From a virus: a stretch of 64,000 nt of DNA. How positions within the stretch are numbered: the stretch's first letter is position 1; each line of letters begins with the position of its first letter. Position numbers and translations under genes: made by a program. Shown here piece after piece: positions 46,614 through 56,316 of the stretch. The notes beneath the pieces were generated by a model. That model was not told the origin of the DNA, searched no databases, and saw nothing but the letters and a program-made list of their open reading frames with translations. Location: the IMG/VR virus record IMGVR_UViG_3300025141_000025, positions 104,486 to 168,485 of that record, one strand, 5' to 3'.

Positions 46614-46964
46614 CTATAGCTCTTCTATTCTTTTTGCTTTGTCATCAATGACAAGGTCAAAATGAGGCTTGGGATTTGTGCTTGTTCCTGTTACAAGGTC
46701 ATGATGTTTGCAACCCCATTCCTCTAATTGACTACGTGTGTGCTCGGTATAATCCTTACCAGAAACCGATCCACGAGCTGTCCAATAAACAACTCTCCAC
46801 CCCTCATCATATAGCTTATTAATTTTAGTGATATTTTCATAATTGGGCTCCGAAAGATTGTATTTTCTCTCACCTGAATAAAAACAAATTGTTTCATCAA
46901 TATCAACCAAAACAGTTTTTTGCTTATCATCATCAGTAAATCTAGATGCTGCGTGAAATTCCAA
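46614..46964 (-). CDS. Small HAD-superfamily phosphatase
   Basis: VDIDET, WTARG, KP, IDDK. Confidence 0.75.
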   Translation of the reverse strand: MEFHAASRFTDDDKQKTVLVDIDETICFYSGERKYNLSEPNYENITKINKLYDEGWRVVYWTARGSVSGKDYTEHTRSQLEEWGCKHHDLVTGTSTNPKPHFDLVIDDKAKRIEEL

Positions 46965-47090
46965 AATATCTCCTTTTATTGTATCATGTGGTGATCACAT
47001 GTCAATAACAATTATAACCATGTGCATAAAGAAATATAAAAGAATACTTATAATTGATGCTGCTGACATTACAAAAGCCTATAACATAAA

Positions 47091-47510
47091 ATGAAAAATG
47101 ACATTTTTAAAGAAGAGGACCTGCTTGCTGTAGTCGGTGGTTCTGTCGGAAAAGAAGATAAAAAAACTGATACTGCAGTTATAGCAACAGTTGTTGCCGT
47201 TGGATTGCATGATCTCATTGTAGAAACACAAAATGGCATTCACAAAGTGTCAAAAGAAATTTGTCAAAAAATTGATTTTTCGCCAGGTGTCCTGAAGCGC
47301 TGCAAAGTTAAAATACCAGAGCTAGGTGATTTAGTACTAAGCTATGAAAAAAAACCATATTCAGTTGACCCACCTAAAAAAACAACAGGTGTTCTCTATA
47401 AGATAAGTTATAAAATGGGTACACCAGATACATGTGTTATTATGTGTGGCACTGATATGGTTGAAACTAGATTTTCTAATATTGTCTTGTTGCAGTCACG
47501 ACAATCTTAG
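47091..47510 (+). CDS. Hypothetical (tandem SH3-like); only convincing plus-strand gene
   Basis: 139 aa in a gap; ELGDLV; ATACTTA motif upstream. Confidence 0.6.
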   Translation: MKNDIFKEEDLLAVVGGSVGKEDKKTDTAVIATVVAVGLHDLIVETQNGIHKVSKEICQKIDFSPGVLKRCKVKIPELGDLVLSYEKKPYSVDPPKKTTGVLYKISYKMGTPDTCVIMCGTDMVETRFSNIVLLQSRQS

Positions 47511-47671
47511 GTTTGCAATTTATCGTATTTTTCCAAATCACCAAAATGTTCTTTTAATATGATATGATCACACCAATTTACTGTGCACCATTTTGTTCCA
47601 TGAATCTTCACAATGGTACCTGTCAATTTATTGATGTTACCACGATATTGTATTTTGTCACCAATCTTCAT
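47507..47671 (-). CDS. MKVGDLV-family protein (not in ORF track)
   Basis: MKIGDKIQY...GTIV, 54 aa. Confidence 0.6.
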   Translation of the reverse strand: MKIGDKIQYRGNINKLTGTIVKIHGTKWCTVNWCDHIILKEHFGDLEKYDKLQT

Positions 47672-47686
47672 GGTGACTAATTATCG

Positions 47687-49309
47687 TTACACCTTAATTC
47701 GGTCTATCAAGCCAGGATAACTAATAGCGAGTTCACGATAAAGCTTCTTTATAACTTTCTTAGAAATGTCGGCGACCTGCTGTTGGGCTGACTTATCCCT
47801 CAACCACTTCTCTGCAGCATCCTGCGTGACGTCTGAGACGAACTTGTTGATGTCACCTTTGGTTCCCATAAAGGTCTTCCCTAAAGCCTTTCTAATGGCA
47901 TCCTCTGCCTGCTTTTTGGCCAACTTTTCAACATCTTTTTTGTCAAGTGAATCTCTCTTGATTGCTATAGCAGCTTGTTTTTTGGCGATAGTTTCGATAG
48001 TCTTTTTATCAGCTGCAGATAATTCTTCCGTTAAAAGCATTTCTCTTATTGTACGCCTTAGTAATTTAGTGTGGTCACTTTTTTCGTTTATAGTTTTTCC
48101 ATGTCGTTTAAAGTGTGCCCACAGTGGTGTGCCCTCTTCATCCCAGTAGGGCCCAATGTCAAAATGACCCTTAGAGCGACCCCAATTTATAGTTTCAGTT
48201 GAAGCTTCAGGGTATTTTGTTATCTTTATCTTGATTTCATTAGGAAGCACATTTCCCCTCTTACTGCCTCTTATCTCAACAGTAAATTTTGCGTCTGTAT
48301 CAGTCTCAATATTAGCAGTAACTTGCTTTGAAGCGTCTTTTCCACCCTTACAATATCGTGGATAGCTAATGTTCACACTGGTAGGGGTACCAACCATATC
48401 AATGGCATCCTGTGGAGTTTCCAATAATTTTATCGTATATCCGCCCTCATGTCTTCTTGCGTATACATAGCCGTAGCCTAAACCTGATGCTAGATATTTT
48501 GCTACAACTGCTGCATCAAAGGTTGAGGGCAGTTTCTTTTTACATGCGTTAGCTTTTGTGGGTGTACCGTTTGCATAATCCGTAATCCCTTGGGCAACTA
48601 ATGACTTGTCAACCCCCAGTGCAGTGACAAACACATCCAAACTATGAGATGCAGGTGTAATTACACCACCATTTTGTACAAATGCGCCGGCATAACCAGC
48701 ATTTGCAAAAGTAGAACCAGTGGGATCTTTCAACGATATATAAAGTGGTTCTGCTTCACCTATGTCTAGGGTAATATCAGAAATAGCACTTCCTACATTG
48801 CTCACTTCCCCAGTAAGGGGTCGTCTACGAGCTGGTTTGAGATCTTCGACCCCCCTAATGCCTGTTGCAGGTAAGTTAAGGGCATCAAGAATTTCATCAG
48901 CCAACGGCCCCATTCGGGCCCGTAATTGTTTATGCAGCTGCTGTTCGAAAACCTCTCCTTTGTTGGGGCTTCCCATCACCACAGAAAAAGTTTCATTCGG
49001 ACCCTGGACTATGTGTGTCTCATATTTATCCGATCTGCTCTGGGCGCCCCCTTTAGGTGGGACAGTATCTACAACATTAAAACCTGGAACTTTATTGATC
49101 GCGGTGGTCGCATCAACTGAAGTGAGTGGAATCGTGGCATCATGTAATCCGAAACGCACTTCTTTTTCGCCTGGCTTTCGCCCTGGATTCATAGACTTAA
49201 AATCTGCGTTGGTTTTTAAAAATTGTTGCTTGAAAGCAGACTTGTCCATGTTCCGGCGCTCAAATAAAAGAACCCGGTTAAGATAATTTCTTAGTAATTC
49301 TTCACTCAC
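47687..49309 (-). CDS. Leader-tagged multidomain protein with PD-(D/E)xK-like nuclease
   Basis: MSEELLRNYLNRVLLFE; ISDITL...YISLK; internal LLRRTIREMLLTE. Confidence 0.55.
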   Translation of the reverse strand: MSEELLRNYLNRVLLFERRNMDKSAFKQQFLKTNADFKSMNPGRKPGEKEVRFGLHDATIPLTSVDATTAINKVPGFNVVDTVPPKGGAQSRSDKYETHIVQGPNETFSVVMGSPNKGEVFEQQLHKQLRARMGPLADEILDALNLPATGIRGVEDLKPARRRPLTGEVSNVGSAISDITLDIGEAEPLYISLKDPTGSTFANAGYAGAFVQNGGVITPASHSLDVFVTALGVDKSLVAQGITDYANGTPTKANACKKKLPSTFDAAVVAKYLASGLGYGYVYARRHEGGYTIKLLETPQDAIDMVGTPTSVNISYPRYCKGGKDASKQVTANIETDTDAKFTVEIRGSKRGNVLPNEIKIKITKYPEASTETINWGRSKGHFDIGPYWDEEGTPLWAHFKRHGKTINEKSDHTKLLRRTIREMLLTEELSAADKKTIETIAKKQAAIAIKRDSLDKKDVEKLAKKQAEDAIRKALGKTFMGTKGDINKFVSDVTQDAAEKWLRDKSAQQQVADISKKVIKKLYRELAISYPGLIDRIKV

Positions 49310-49391
49310 ATCAACCCGCCTACAAGTTTTTCTTTCATAATCATTACCTTAGTAAATATCTGTCATTTGAAAACCTCAAAAAGATGATGTT

Positions 49392-50423
49392 TTATTTTAG
49401 GGTTTGGGATTTTTTGAGTTCTTTATCAATCCACTGCAACGCGGTTTGATTTTTCACAGGTGATAAAATAAAATTACTAATTTTCTTTTCAGCGGTCAAA
49501 TTTTCTTTTTCCCTCAAATTGTCCCCGTCTAAAATTACAATATTACTGCCAAAAAGATCTATGTAGTTTTGCTTGTTTTTGTCGACTGCTGTCCAAGACC
49601 TTGTAAGATCCTTGTCACGCAATCGGCGGCCGCCTCTTTCACCCCGGGCAATGTTTCTTTGTTTTGCAACATCAAGTGAAGTTGCAACGTACACCATAAA
49701 TGTATCATATCCAAGATCTTCAAACTTTTTCTTTTGACTTTTTATTGTCGTATAATTTCCGCCGGTACCATCAATTATTAATCCTAAACGACCGTCAACG
49801 TAGTCCTCTTTTCTTTTCTTTGTTAGAGCTCTTGATTTATTGAACAGTTTTAGTTTTTTAATCCTATTTTCCCTGTCATCATCTTGCATGTCCATGCTTG
49901 AAAACTCACCCGACTCAATTCCTTTTTTCATTAGTAACTCAAAGGCATCATCTACATTTACAATCTTTAGTCCATATCGACCAGGAAAAACTAAATTCTT
50001 GACCGCAGTCGACTTGCCTGATCCGGGACCACCAGCAAGAAAAATTACCTTAAAAATCCCCTGGTCGTGGACACCCTCAGTCAGTAATGACAGGGTTTCA
50101 TAAATTATTTTTCTTATCTGTCGCCGTGTGGTTCTCATGTTTCCTTCATTCAGTTTACCAGGTGCCAACTGGTCTAATGTCTTTTCTAAGACTTCACCTT
50201 TTTTCCATCCTGGCCCCTGGTTCATGCATTGATACTCAGCAGTTTTTCCGGCGTTACCTGGAAGTATGTTAATAGAAATTACAATGCCAACGGAGCCATG
50301 GTGTTTACAGCTGGGATTTACATTGACAACATGGTCACCCACTGCCGGCTCATGAGCATGGCTTTGAAAAGTATCAAGCGCTTCCCGAACAAGGCTTCTT
50401 AGTTTGCTTTTTGTAATTTTCAT
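49392..50423 (-). CDS. Double-leader protein: SH3-like domain plus Zeta-toxin-like P-loop kinase
   Basis: MKITKSKL; internal LNE-GNMRTTRRQIRKII..LLTE; GGPGSGKS, NVDD, IIDGTG. Confidence 0.7.
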   Translation of the reverse strand: MKITKSKLRSLVREALDTFQSHAHEPAVGDHVVNVNPSCKHHGSVGIVISINILPGNAGKTAEYQCMNQGPGWKKGEVLEKTLDQLAPGKLNEGNMRTTRRQIRKIIYETLSLLTEGVHDQGIFKVIFLAGGPGSGKSTAVKNLVFPGRYGLKIVNVDDAFELLMKKGIESGEFSSMDMQDDDRENRIKKLKLFNKSRALTKKRKEDYVDGRLGLIIDGTGGNYTTIKSQKKKFEDLGYDTFMVYVATSLDVAKQRNIARGERGGRRLRDKDLTRSWTAVDKNKQNYIDLFGSNIVILDGDNLREKENLTAEKKISNFILSPVKNQTALQWIDKELKKSQTLK

Positions 50424-50617
50424 TTTTTGTTTGATTTTCTAAACTGTTTTCTAAGTTGTTTAATTTCGATATTTTGTGAGCTTAATTTTTCACTTATCGA
50501 TTCAACCTGTGTTTCAAGACTAGAAAGTCGGTGCTGGGTGGAATAATAAAATCCACCCAGCACCGCGACACAAGTGCCAATTGTAATTAGCGTCTTTATG
50601 TCTAAAGTTATTTTCAC
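50420..50617 (-). CDS. TM plus coiled-coil small protein
   Basis: Single TM. Confidence 0.55.
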   Translation of the reverse strand: MKITLDIKTLITIGTCVAVLGGFYYSTQHRLSSLETQVESISEKLSSQNIEIKQLRKQFRKSNKK

Positions 50618-50618
50618 C

Positions 50619-51065
50619 TTACTTTTCTTTTCCCTTAGATAATTTATCCTTTAGTCCTTTTAGTAAACCTATGAGCCAATTGTACCCACCAGTTAGTTTA
50701 GCTTTGACCCAAGACAAGGTTCCTGTAACGGTTCCCCAAACTGTGTTCCATGCTTTATTAACCCAACCTTTTATGGTTCCCAAAACATCTGATACGACTT
50801 CAACAGCCTGATCCCATGCCAGGTCTAGAATATCAACGATTAATTTAAGGGGTGAGCTTAGTACACGAAGGACTGGATGTCGGTCTCTTCGCAGCAAAAG
50901 CCACGCCAAAAGTACACCAATTAAAAGACCTTCAAGACGAGGGGCATCAGTGTGTAAATGACACAATAAATCCCAGCCCCACGTTGATACGGCTACAAGT
51001 AGCGCCCACGCAGAAACTAAAAGACCATGTAATAAATCCCAGCCTGCAGTCATAACTTCATTCAT
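50619..51065 (-). CDS. Membrane protein with Trp-rich amphipathic repeats
   Basis: AGGAG SD; TM segments. Confidence 0.6.
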   Translation of the reverse strand: MNEVMTAGWDLLHGLLVSAWALLVAVSTWGWDLLCHLHTDAPRLEGLLIGVLLAWLLLRRDRHPVLRVLSSPLKLIVDILDLAWDQAVEVVSDVLGTIKGWVNKAWNTVWGTVTGTLSWVKAKLTGGYNWLIGLLKGLKDKLSKGKEK

Positions 51066-51170
51066 TCGTTTTCTCCTTTATTTGAATTTGAATAATTTTT
51101 TAGTTATTCTCGACGGTGTTTACAGTTCAACCAACTTACCCGTCGTTCATTATCTATTTATCCTTGAGGA

Positions 51171-51506
51171 CTACATTTCATACTCTTCTGCCAAACCCTC
51201 GGAAATTAAAAAATTTTTCAAATCGATATCACCAAGAACGTAAACTGTAGCCAGCCACCGGCCGTATTTACCCTTACCGTGAGTTGTAATAATTACCTCT
51301 TTGTTCAAACAAAGATCCCTAACCCTATCACGGGCTTTGAGGGCCATAACTTTTTCGTCTGGATCTTTTGAACGAATTTCAGGTGTATTCACACCCACTA
51401 ACCTAAGTTTTATTTTCTTCGCCCACATCTTGAAGCCTAGATCAACTTCTGCCGTTAATGTATCACCATCATAGACTTTTGTAATGACAGCTCTGTACTC
51501 ATACAT
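51171..51506 (-). CDS. Thermonuclease (SNase-like)
   Basis: VYDGDT, RLVGVNTPE, GKYGRWLA. Confidence 0.85.
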   Translation of the reverse strand: MYEYRAVITKVYDGDTLTAEVDLGFKMWAKKIKLRLVGVNTPEIRSKDPDEKVMALKARDRVRDLCLNKEVIITTHGKGKYGRWLATVYVLGDIDLKNFLISEGLAEEYEM

Positions 51507-52325
51507 TTACGCCCACCCTCTCGACGTAAATTCTATGTGCGTCATTACAGGAATATCCAGGCCGGCCTTATCTAGTAGCGGTTGCCAAACGATATCAGCT
51601 TCCGCCGTGTCAGGACCGGCAGGCTCCATCTTTTGTAAATCTTCATCCCAGTAACCCGGCTGATTTGACGAGTCAGGTACGATAATCGCCAATGGAGACC
51701 AGTTGTCGACGAGAGCCTCATTATTCTGTGAGCCGCGGGAGCCGCCGACAGAAGGGTTCCAGTCTTCTTTATCCAACACAATAATTTTGTATTCTTCGTA
51801 ACCTTCTGGTTCGTATATCTGCTCAGCGCCTTTGTTGACGCCAGACTGCTTCTTTCTTTCTGGAAAAGCTGCACGGTAAGTATCTGTAGACCCTGTGTAC
51901 AGTTGGTCCATATCATTTGCTAGAAGAGTAATGTGACCCTTGATTAAAATTCCATAGTCCCCAAACCTACCGGCACCCTTTATTTCGCCTGGTAAATACG
52001 CTGCAGCGGATAGTTCATCTTTGGAACTAAATGAACCGCCAATAAACATCCTCATCGTTCTCTGGTCGCGGAACCAATGCACCGTGACCAAACTGCTAAG
52101 GAAATCGCGGTCAGCGGTTTTGGCGAACGCCTTTTTAAGAAGCTTGCCTTGATCGAGAGCACCCTTAACGAGCCTTCTCCTCTCATCAGGATTACTCTCT
52201 ACGGCGTAGGTTCCCGAGAAGTTTGCTTCGCTGTGGCCTGCATCAATGAGGTGTTGAGCAAATTGTTTGCGTCGGGCTGCATCTTCTAGCAGCAAAGACC
52301 TTATGTACTCGCGCAGTAGTTTCAT
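51507..52325 (-). CDS. MKLLREYIR-leader protein, paralog of 58178..59056
   Basis: TVHW, KDELS, KGHITL, NNEALVDNW. Confidence 0.7.
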   Translation of the reverse strand: MKLLREYIRSLLLEDAARRKQFAQHLIDAGHSEANFSGTYAVESNPDERRRLVKGALDQGKLLKKAFAKTADRDFLSSLVTVHWFRDQRTMRMFIGGSFSSKDELSAAAYLPGEIKGAGRFGDYGILIKGHITLLANDMDQLYTGSTDTYRAAFPERKKQSGVNKGAEQIYEPEGYEEYKIIVLDKEDWNPSVGGSRGSQNNEALVDNWSPLAIIVPDSSNQPGYWDEDLQKMEPAGPDTAEADIVWQPLLDKAGLDIPVMTHIEFTSRGWA

Positions 52326-52951
52326 ATCATTACCAATTTTCCTGCTGCTTCGAGTGCATTCATCGTCGTGGGTGGCTTTGTGTATCTTTTACTGAGGGGC
52401 GAGGTTTGCCAATCAATGTTTTTTGGCATGCCGTGATGGTTTGTATAGGAAGCGACACGCTGAACACAATTATCTTCTTCTTCCGGCGTTAGCGTATTTT
52501 CGAGGTCGTCCAATTGAATGCCCGTCACATCACCGCGATTGGATAAATAGTAATCCCACACCCTTCTAGCCTTTGGAGAAACAGCTCCACGATCAGAAAT
52601 CAGGCCGCCACCGTTTTGAGTTGCATACTCCATCGCTACGTCATACAACATAGGGCCCCAACCCTGGGTAGCCTCTGTGTGATAGACTTCCCAAGCACCG
52701 CCACATTCTCCCATTCCGGTTCGACTTGCGACTCGAGGTACTGACGAGATTGCCACGGAGCCACGAGGCTTGAGGTAAAGCATATCAGCCCTCATCCACT
52801 GGTCCGTCTTCGAGTGATACGCGGCATAATAAATCCTGACCTCTGCACCGGTGCCCTCCTCTATCGCGACGGAGATTCCTTCTGGTAAATCAGCAGGTCC
52901 TCTAGCAGCCTCGGTTAACAGTGTTCTTATGTATTCACGTAGCAGTTTCAT
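52322..52951 (-). CDS. MKLLREYIR-leader GNAT-like protein
   Basis: QGWGPMLYDVAME, SD..VSPKARRVW. Confidence 0.6.
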   Translation of the reverse strand: MKLLREYIRTLLTEAARGPADLPEGISVAIEEGTGAEVRIYYAAYHSKTDQWMRADMLYLKPRGSVAISSVPRVASRTGMGECGGAWEVYHTEATQGWGPMLYDVAMEYATQNGGGLISDRGAVSPKARRVWDYYLSNRGDVTGIQLDDLENTLTPEEEDNCVQRVASYTNHHGMPKNIDWQTSPLSKRYTKPPTTMNALEAAGKLVMI

Positions 52952-53286
52952 GATTCTATTCTCAATATTTGAATGGGTAGTTTTTCTACATTCCAGAACA
53001 CAGCGATTCCCCTCTCACGGGTTGGGGCAACAGGGGTGGTAAATTTTATAAAAACAGGAGTCTCTTCGAAACCTCTTCCTCTGTATAAGACAGTTATATC
53101 TTCTTTATTTTCTGCTTCTTCTTCGGGATCATCAAAAAATGCGTGAATAAATCCCCGCTTACCCGGATAAAGACAGTTACATTTTTGAATAGCTTCTAGG
53201 CCGGCTTGAGTTGTACCATGCATATAGATCTGCTGGCCCGACTGTTCTGTGAGCAAGCCTCTTATGTACTCGCGGAGTAGTTTCAT
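52948..53286 (-). CDS. MKLLREYIR-leader protein, possible ART-like
   Basis: Start moved to leader; YMHGT motif. Confidence 0.55.
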   Translation of the reverse strand: MKLLREYIRGLLTEQSGQQIYMHGTTQAGLEAIQKCNCLYPGKRGFIHAFFDDPEEEAENKEDITVLYRGRGFEETPVFIKFTTPVAPTRERGIAVFWNVEKLPIQILRIES

Positions 53287-54350
53287 TTTGGCATCTCCAC
53301 AGGGTGCCCTGCCCAAATTCCAAGATTTTCAACTACCGATGCTGCCTCTTTGGCATCATACCAGCCCCAATAAGTCTTCATAAGTTTCGACAGTTCATTA
53401 TAGATCTCATGGTAAGACTCATTCCAGCGACCTTTTACTCCGCTCGGTGATGTGTAAATCTTTTTGAGACCTTGTTTCACTAACGGATACCAAACCCTTC
53501 TCGCCATGTCCGGTTGGTCCTGCGTCGGTGGCGAGTGACCTCCAACTATTACATCAAGCGCATCAATTACAACCTCCACTACTTCTTTCATCTCGTAGAC
53601 TGCCGGATCATTGCCCAACCCAACCATGCCTGCTAGTTCTATTGCCTGAGCACCACCGTTGACGAACACTTCCTTAATCTTATCGAGCTCGGAGCGTTCC
53701 TGTTCCTGCTCGGTTAGCAGTCCCCTTATGTACTCGCGGAGTAGTCTTGATTCGGTCATGACCTCGGTATATCTATTCTCACCCTCATAAATAAAACTGT
53801 CAATATGGTTGAAACTCAACCCTTGGGCTGTACCAAGTATCTCAACTTCGGCCATACACTCATTTCTGGCACCACCCGCAAGATCTGAACCATTCCATCG
53901 AGGCAAGACTTCTTCTAGTTCTGGCACCCAAAAACCGTAGTCCTCGAGGTCATCAACTAAGAGCTCACTCACACCAATTGCATCCACATCTTCTTCCTCT
54001 AGGTCGCGAATGTCCTGAATGTCATTGTCAATCATGTACTTTACGATCTTTACGATTGAGGTGCGGTCAAAACAAACACTTGAGTCCATGACGTCTCTGA
54101 AAAAGCCGTATCCCTTGTCGAAGAAGGTTGACTTGGAAAGCAGGTCATCAAACGCTTCTTCATCGTAGTCAAGCTTTTCGAAGTAGAAGTCTTTCAATGC
54201 AGATTCTGACACCATGCCTAGTGTGTCTTCTCCATTATACAAGAAAAGAACATCGTCATAATCATTCACAGCGGTGTGTAACATGTCACCAATGTCGAAG
54301 TAGGTGTTACTTTCATACTCGGGTTGTACATCTACGACAATTAATTTCAT
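53283..54350 (-). CDS. Isochorismatase/cysteine-hydrolase-like domain fused through an internal leader to a second domain
   Basis: LIVVDVQ, GGARNEC; MTE-SRLLREYIRGLLTE. Confidence 0.55.
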   Translation of the reverse strand: MKLIVVDVQPEYESNTYFDIGDMLHTAVNDYDDVLFLYNGEDTLGMVSESALKDFYFEKLDYDEEAFDDLLSKSTFFDKGYGFFRDVMDSSVCFDRTSIVKIVKYMIDNDIQDIRDLEEEDVDAIGVSELLVDDLEDYGFWVPELEEVLPRWNGSDLAGGARNECMAEVEILGTAQGLSFNHIDSFIYEGENRYTEVMTESRLLREYIRGLLTEQEQERSELDKIKEVFVNGGAQAIELAGMVGLGNDPAVYEMKEVVEVVIDALDVIVGGHSPPTQDQPDMARRVWYPLVKQGLKKIYTSPSGVKGRWNESYHEIYNELSKLMKTYWGWYDAKEAASVVENLGIWAGHPVEMPK

Positions 54351-55663
54351 AAATCCCCCTCTAACAGAGCATTCTGTATCATGCTTTTGTATGTGTCTTC
54401 TTGTAACCAGTCTTCTTGTGCGCTTTTACTTAGTGCATGAAGGGGGTCAAAATATAAAAACTTTTCCCCAGGTTTAACAGAAGGCGCAGTCCACCCACTT
54501 ATTCCGCTATCTTTATGATACCACTCATAAGAGTGGACGCAGCGTTTACCTCCACCTCCTGGAGCGTCAACAACAAACGTAGGCGTGTTAAATCCGGCTG
54601 TCACACCCCTCACGCACTTTTCTACATCAAGTGCTGTTTGTAAAGATGTTCGCATATCTTCAGTACCGGCCGTTAGGTCATGTATGTAAACATAGTAGGG
54701 TTGAATGTTGATATAGCTTAGTTTTTTCACCAAAGAAATCATGCTATCAGCAGTGTCATTTACATGATTTTGAAACACAGACTGATTTCTGACCTTCACA
54801 CCCCTCGAGAACAAAACGTTCATGGCATCCTGTGTAATTCCTGTAATTTCATTTGAGTGGTTGAAATGGGTATGAATACATACTTCCTTGTACTGCTTTC
54901 TTGCCTTGCTTGTTATCTCACATATTGCGTCGGTCCAGCCTGCGTCAGTCAAGATCTTCATTGGCATAATTGCAAGGCCTTTTGTAGCAAATCGAAATCG
55001 CCTAATGTGATCAATCTTTAACAGCTCTTCACCAATCTCTTTTACTTGAGATGCTTTAAGTCTATAGGAATCCCCTCCAGAAATTACCACGTCTTGGATT
55101 TGCTTGTTTTCTCTCAGGTAATTGAACATAACATTCCATCTATCTCTAGACGCTTTGATAGAAACCTTCTCGGCGGTGTCTGTGTCTCCACCTACCGCAT
55201 AAGCCCTTGTACAATATCGACAGTATACAGGACATGTGTCCAACGCAAGAAATAACACCTTATCTTCATACCGATGCGTCAGGCCTTTCACAGGGGAGTC
55301 TGCTTGTTCACCTAAGCTATCGAATCGCAACATAGGATGGTCAGGTTGGAGATGAGAAGCAAGTGTCAGGAACTGCCTTCTAATGGGACAGTTAGTTGGA
55401 TCCTGCCAGTTCATAAGTGACAATAGATACGGCGTAATCCTGGTGGTCATCGGAGCTTTTTTAAAACCGGCTTTGGCATCTTCTAAAAATTCGTCATTCA
55501 CAAGCTCCTGAATTGTCTTGAGTAATTTTTTGTGATTTGTGATCGCATTCTTTTCTTGCCATTTGTGATCGATAAAAGTCTCATAGTCGACATCTTTCCA
55601 TGCTGGGATCAATCTCCAGAATTCATCTTCCCTAAACTGCGTATACTTGTGAAGTAGATTCAT
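54347..55663 (-). CDS. kamA: KamA-family radical SAM, lysine 2,3-aminomutase-like
   Basis: CPIRRQ, LTHRY, CPVYCRYCTR, ISGGD, NQSV, DAPGGGGK. Confidence 0.85.
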   Translation of the reverse strand: MNLLHKYTQFREDEFWRLIPAWKDVDYETFIDHKWQEKNAITNHKKLLKTIQELVNDEFLEDAKAGFKKAPMTTRITPYLLSLMNWQDPTNCPIRRQFLTLASHLQPDHPMLRFDSLGEQADSPVKGLTHRYEDKVLFLALDTCPVYCRYCTRAYAVGGDTDTAEKVSIKASRDRWNVMFNYLRENKQIQDVVISGGDSYRLKASQVKEIGEELLKIDHIRRFRFATKGLAIMPMKILTDAGWTDAICEITSKARKQYKEVCIHTHFNHSNEITGITQDAMNVLFSRGVKVRNQSVFQNHVNDTADSMISLVKKLSYINIQPYYVYIHDLTAGTEDMRTSLQTALDVEKCVRGVTAGFNTPTFVVDAPGGGGKRCVHSYEWYHKDSGISGWTAPSVKPGEKFLYFDPLHALSKSAQEDWLQEDTYKSMIQNALLEGDL

Positions 55664-56316
55664 TTCGGGTCCCTGATTTTAACAACTTGTATCTCAACAA
55701 TGGGTACACTCTGCAAACTAGTTATTACTTCTGCCTCTTCCCCATAATAGTCGCCCTGAAAGGCGCCAGCATATTGCTGGATTATTTCTTGTAAATCTAT
55801 CCAGTTCTGACCTGCGGCCGTTCCCTTTAGCACAACAGCGTAAGGTGTTTGTCCTTCATAATCGCGGTATTGCCTAGTTATCGCAAAGTCAGTGGCGATC
55901 TCTGGATCTTTTGTCCAGGAATCAATCTCAATACCCACCGGGGCGTAATTGAAATTGACTCTGATCGATTGTCCTTCCTCAAGTCCTTTCTTTTTCCAGT
56001 TTGGAGGTAAATTATTATCCATCCAATCGGGACCTACTGCTATACCACGATAAACTGGACCTGAATATCTCTTTATTACGTCATTGTATCTGGTGTCACT
56101 TGCGGCGTGTAATAGCATTTCCATTGCGCCAGATGAAAGTGAATAGGAGTCTGTATCAACGTGTTGTAAGATGAAACTTCTTAGTGCTTTCTCTTCGCCA
56201 GTGTCAGGCTCATCACCGGAATGTCGGCTCCCCGTGGGGGCGTGATCTGGCCAGAGTTTTTGACCGGCCTCGAACTCAAGAAGCAACCCTCTTATGTATT
56301 CACGGAGAAGTTTCAC
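55660..56316 (-). CDS. MKLLREYIR-leader ADP-ribosyltransferase (R-S-E type)
   Basis: VYRG, SWT, EAEV. Confidence 0.65.
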   Translation of the reverse strand: MKLLREYIRGLLLEFEAGQKLWPDHAPTGSRHSGDEPDTGEEKALRSFILQHVDTDSYSLSSGAMEMLLHAASDTRYNDVIKRYSGPVYRGIAVGPDWMDNNLPPNWKKKGLEEGQSIRVNFNYAPVGIEIDSWTKDPEIATDFAITRQYRDYEGQTPYAVVLKGTAAGQNWIDLQEIIQQYAGAFQGDYYGEEAEVITSLQSVPIVEIQVVKIRDPK

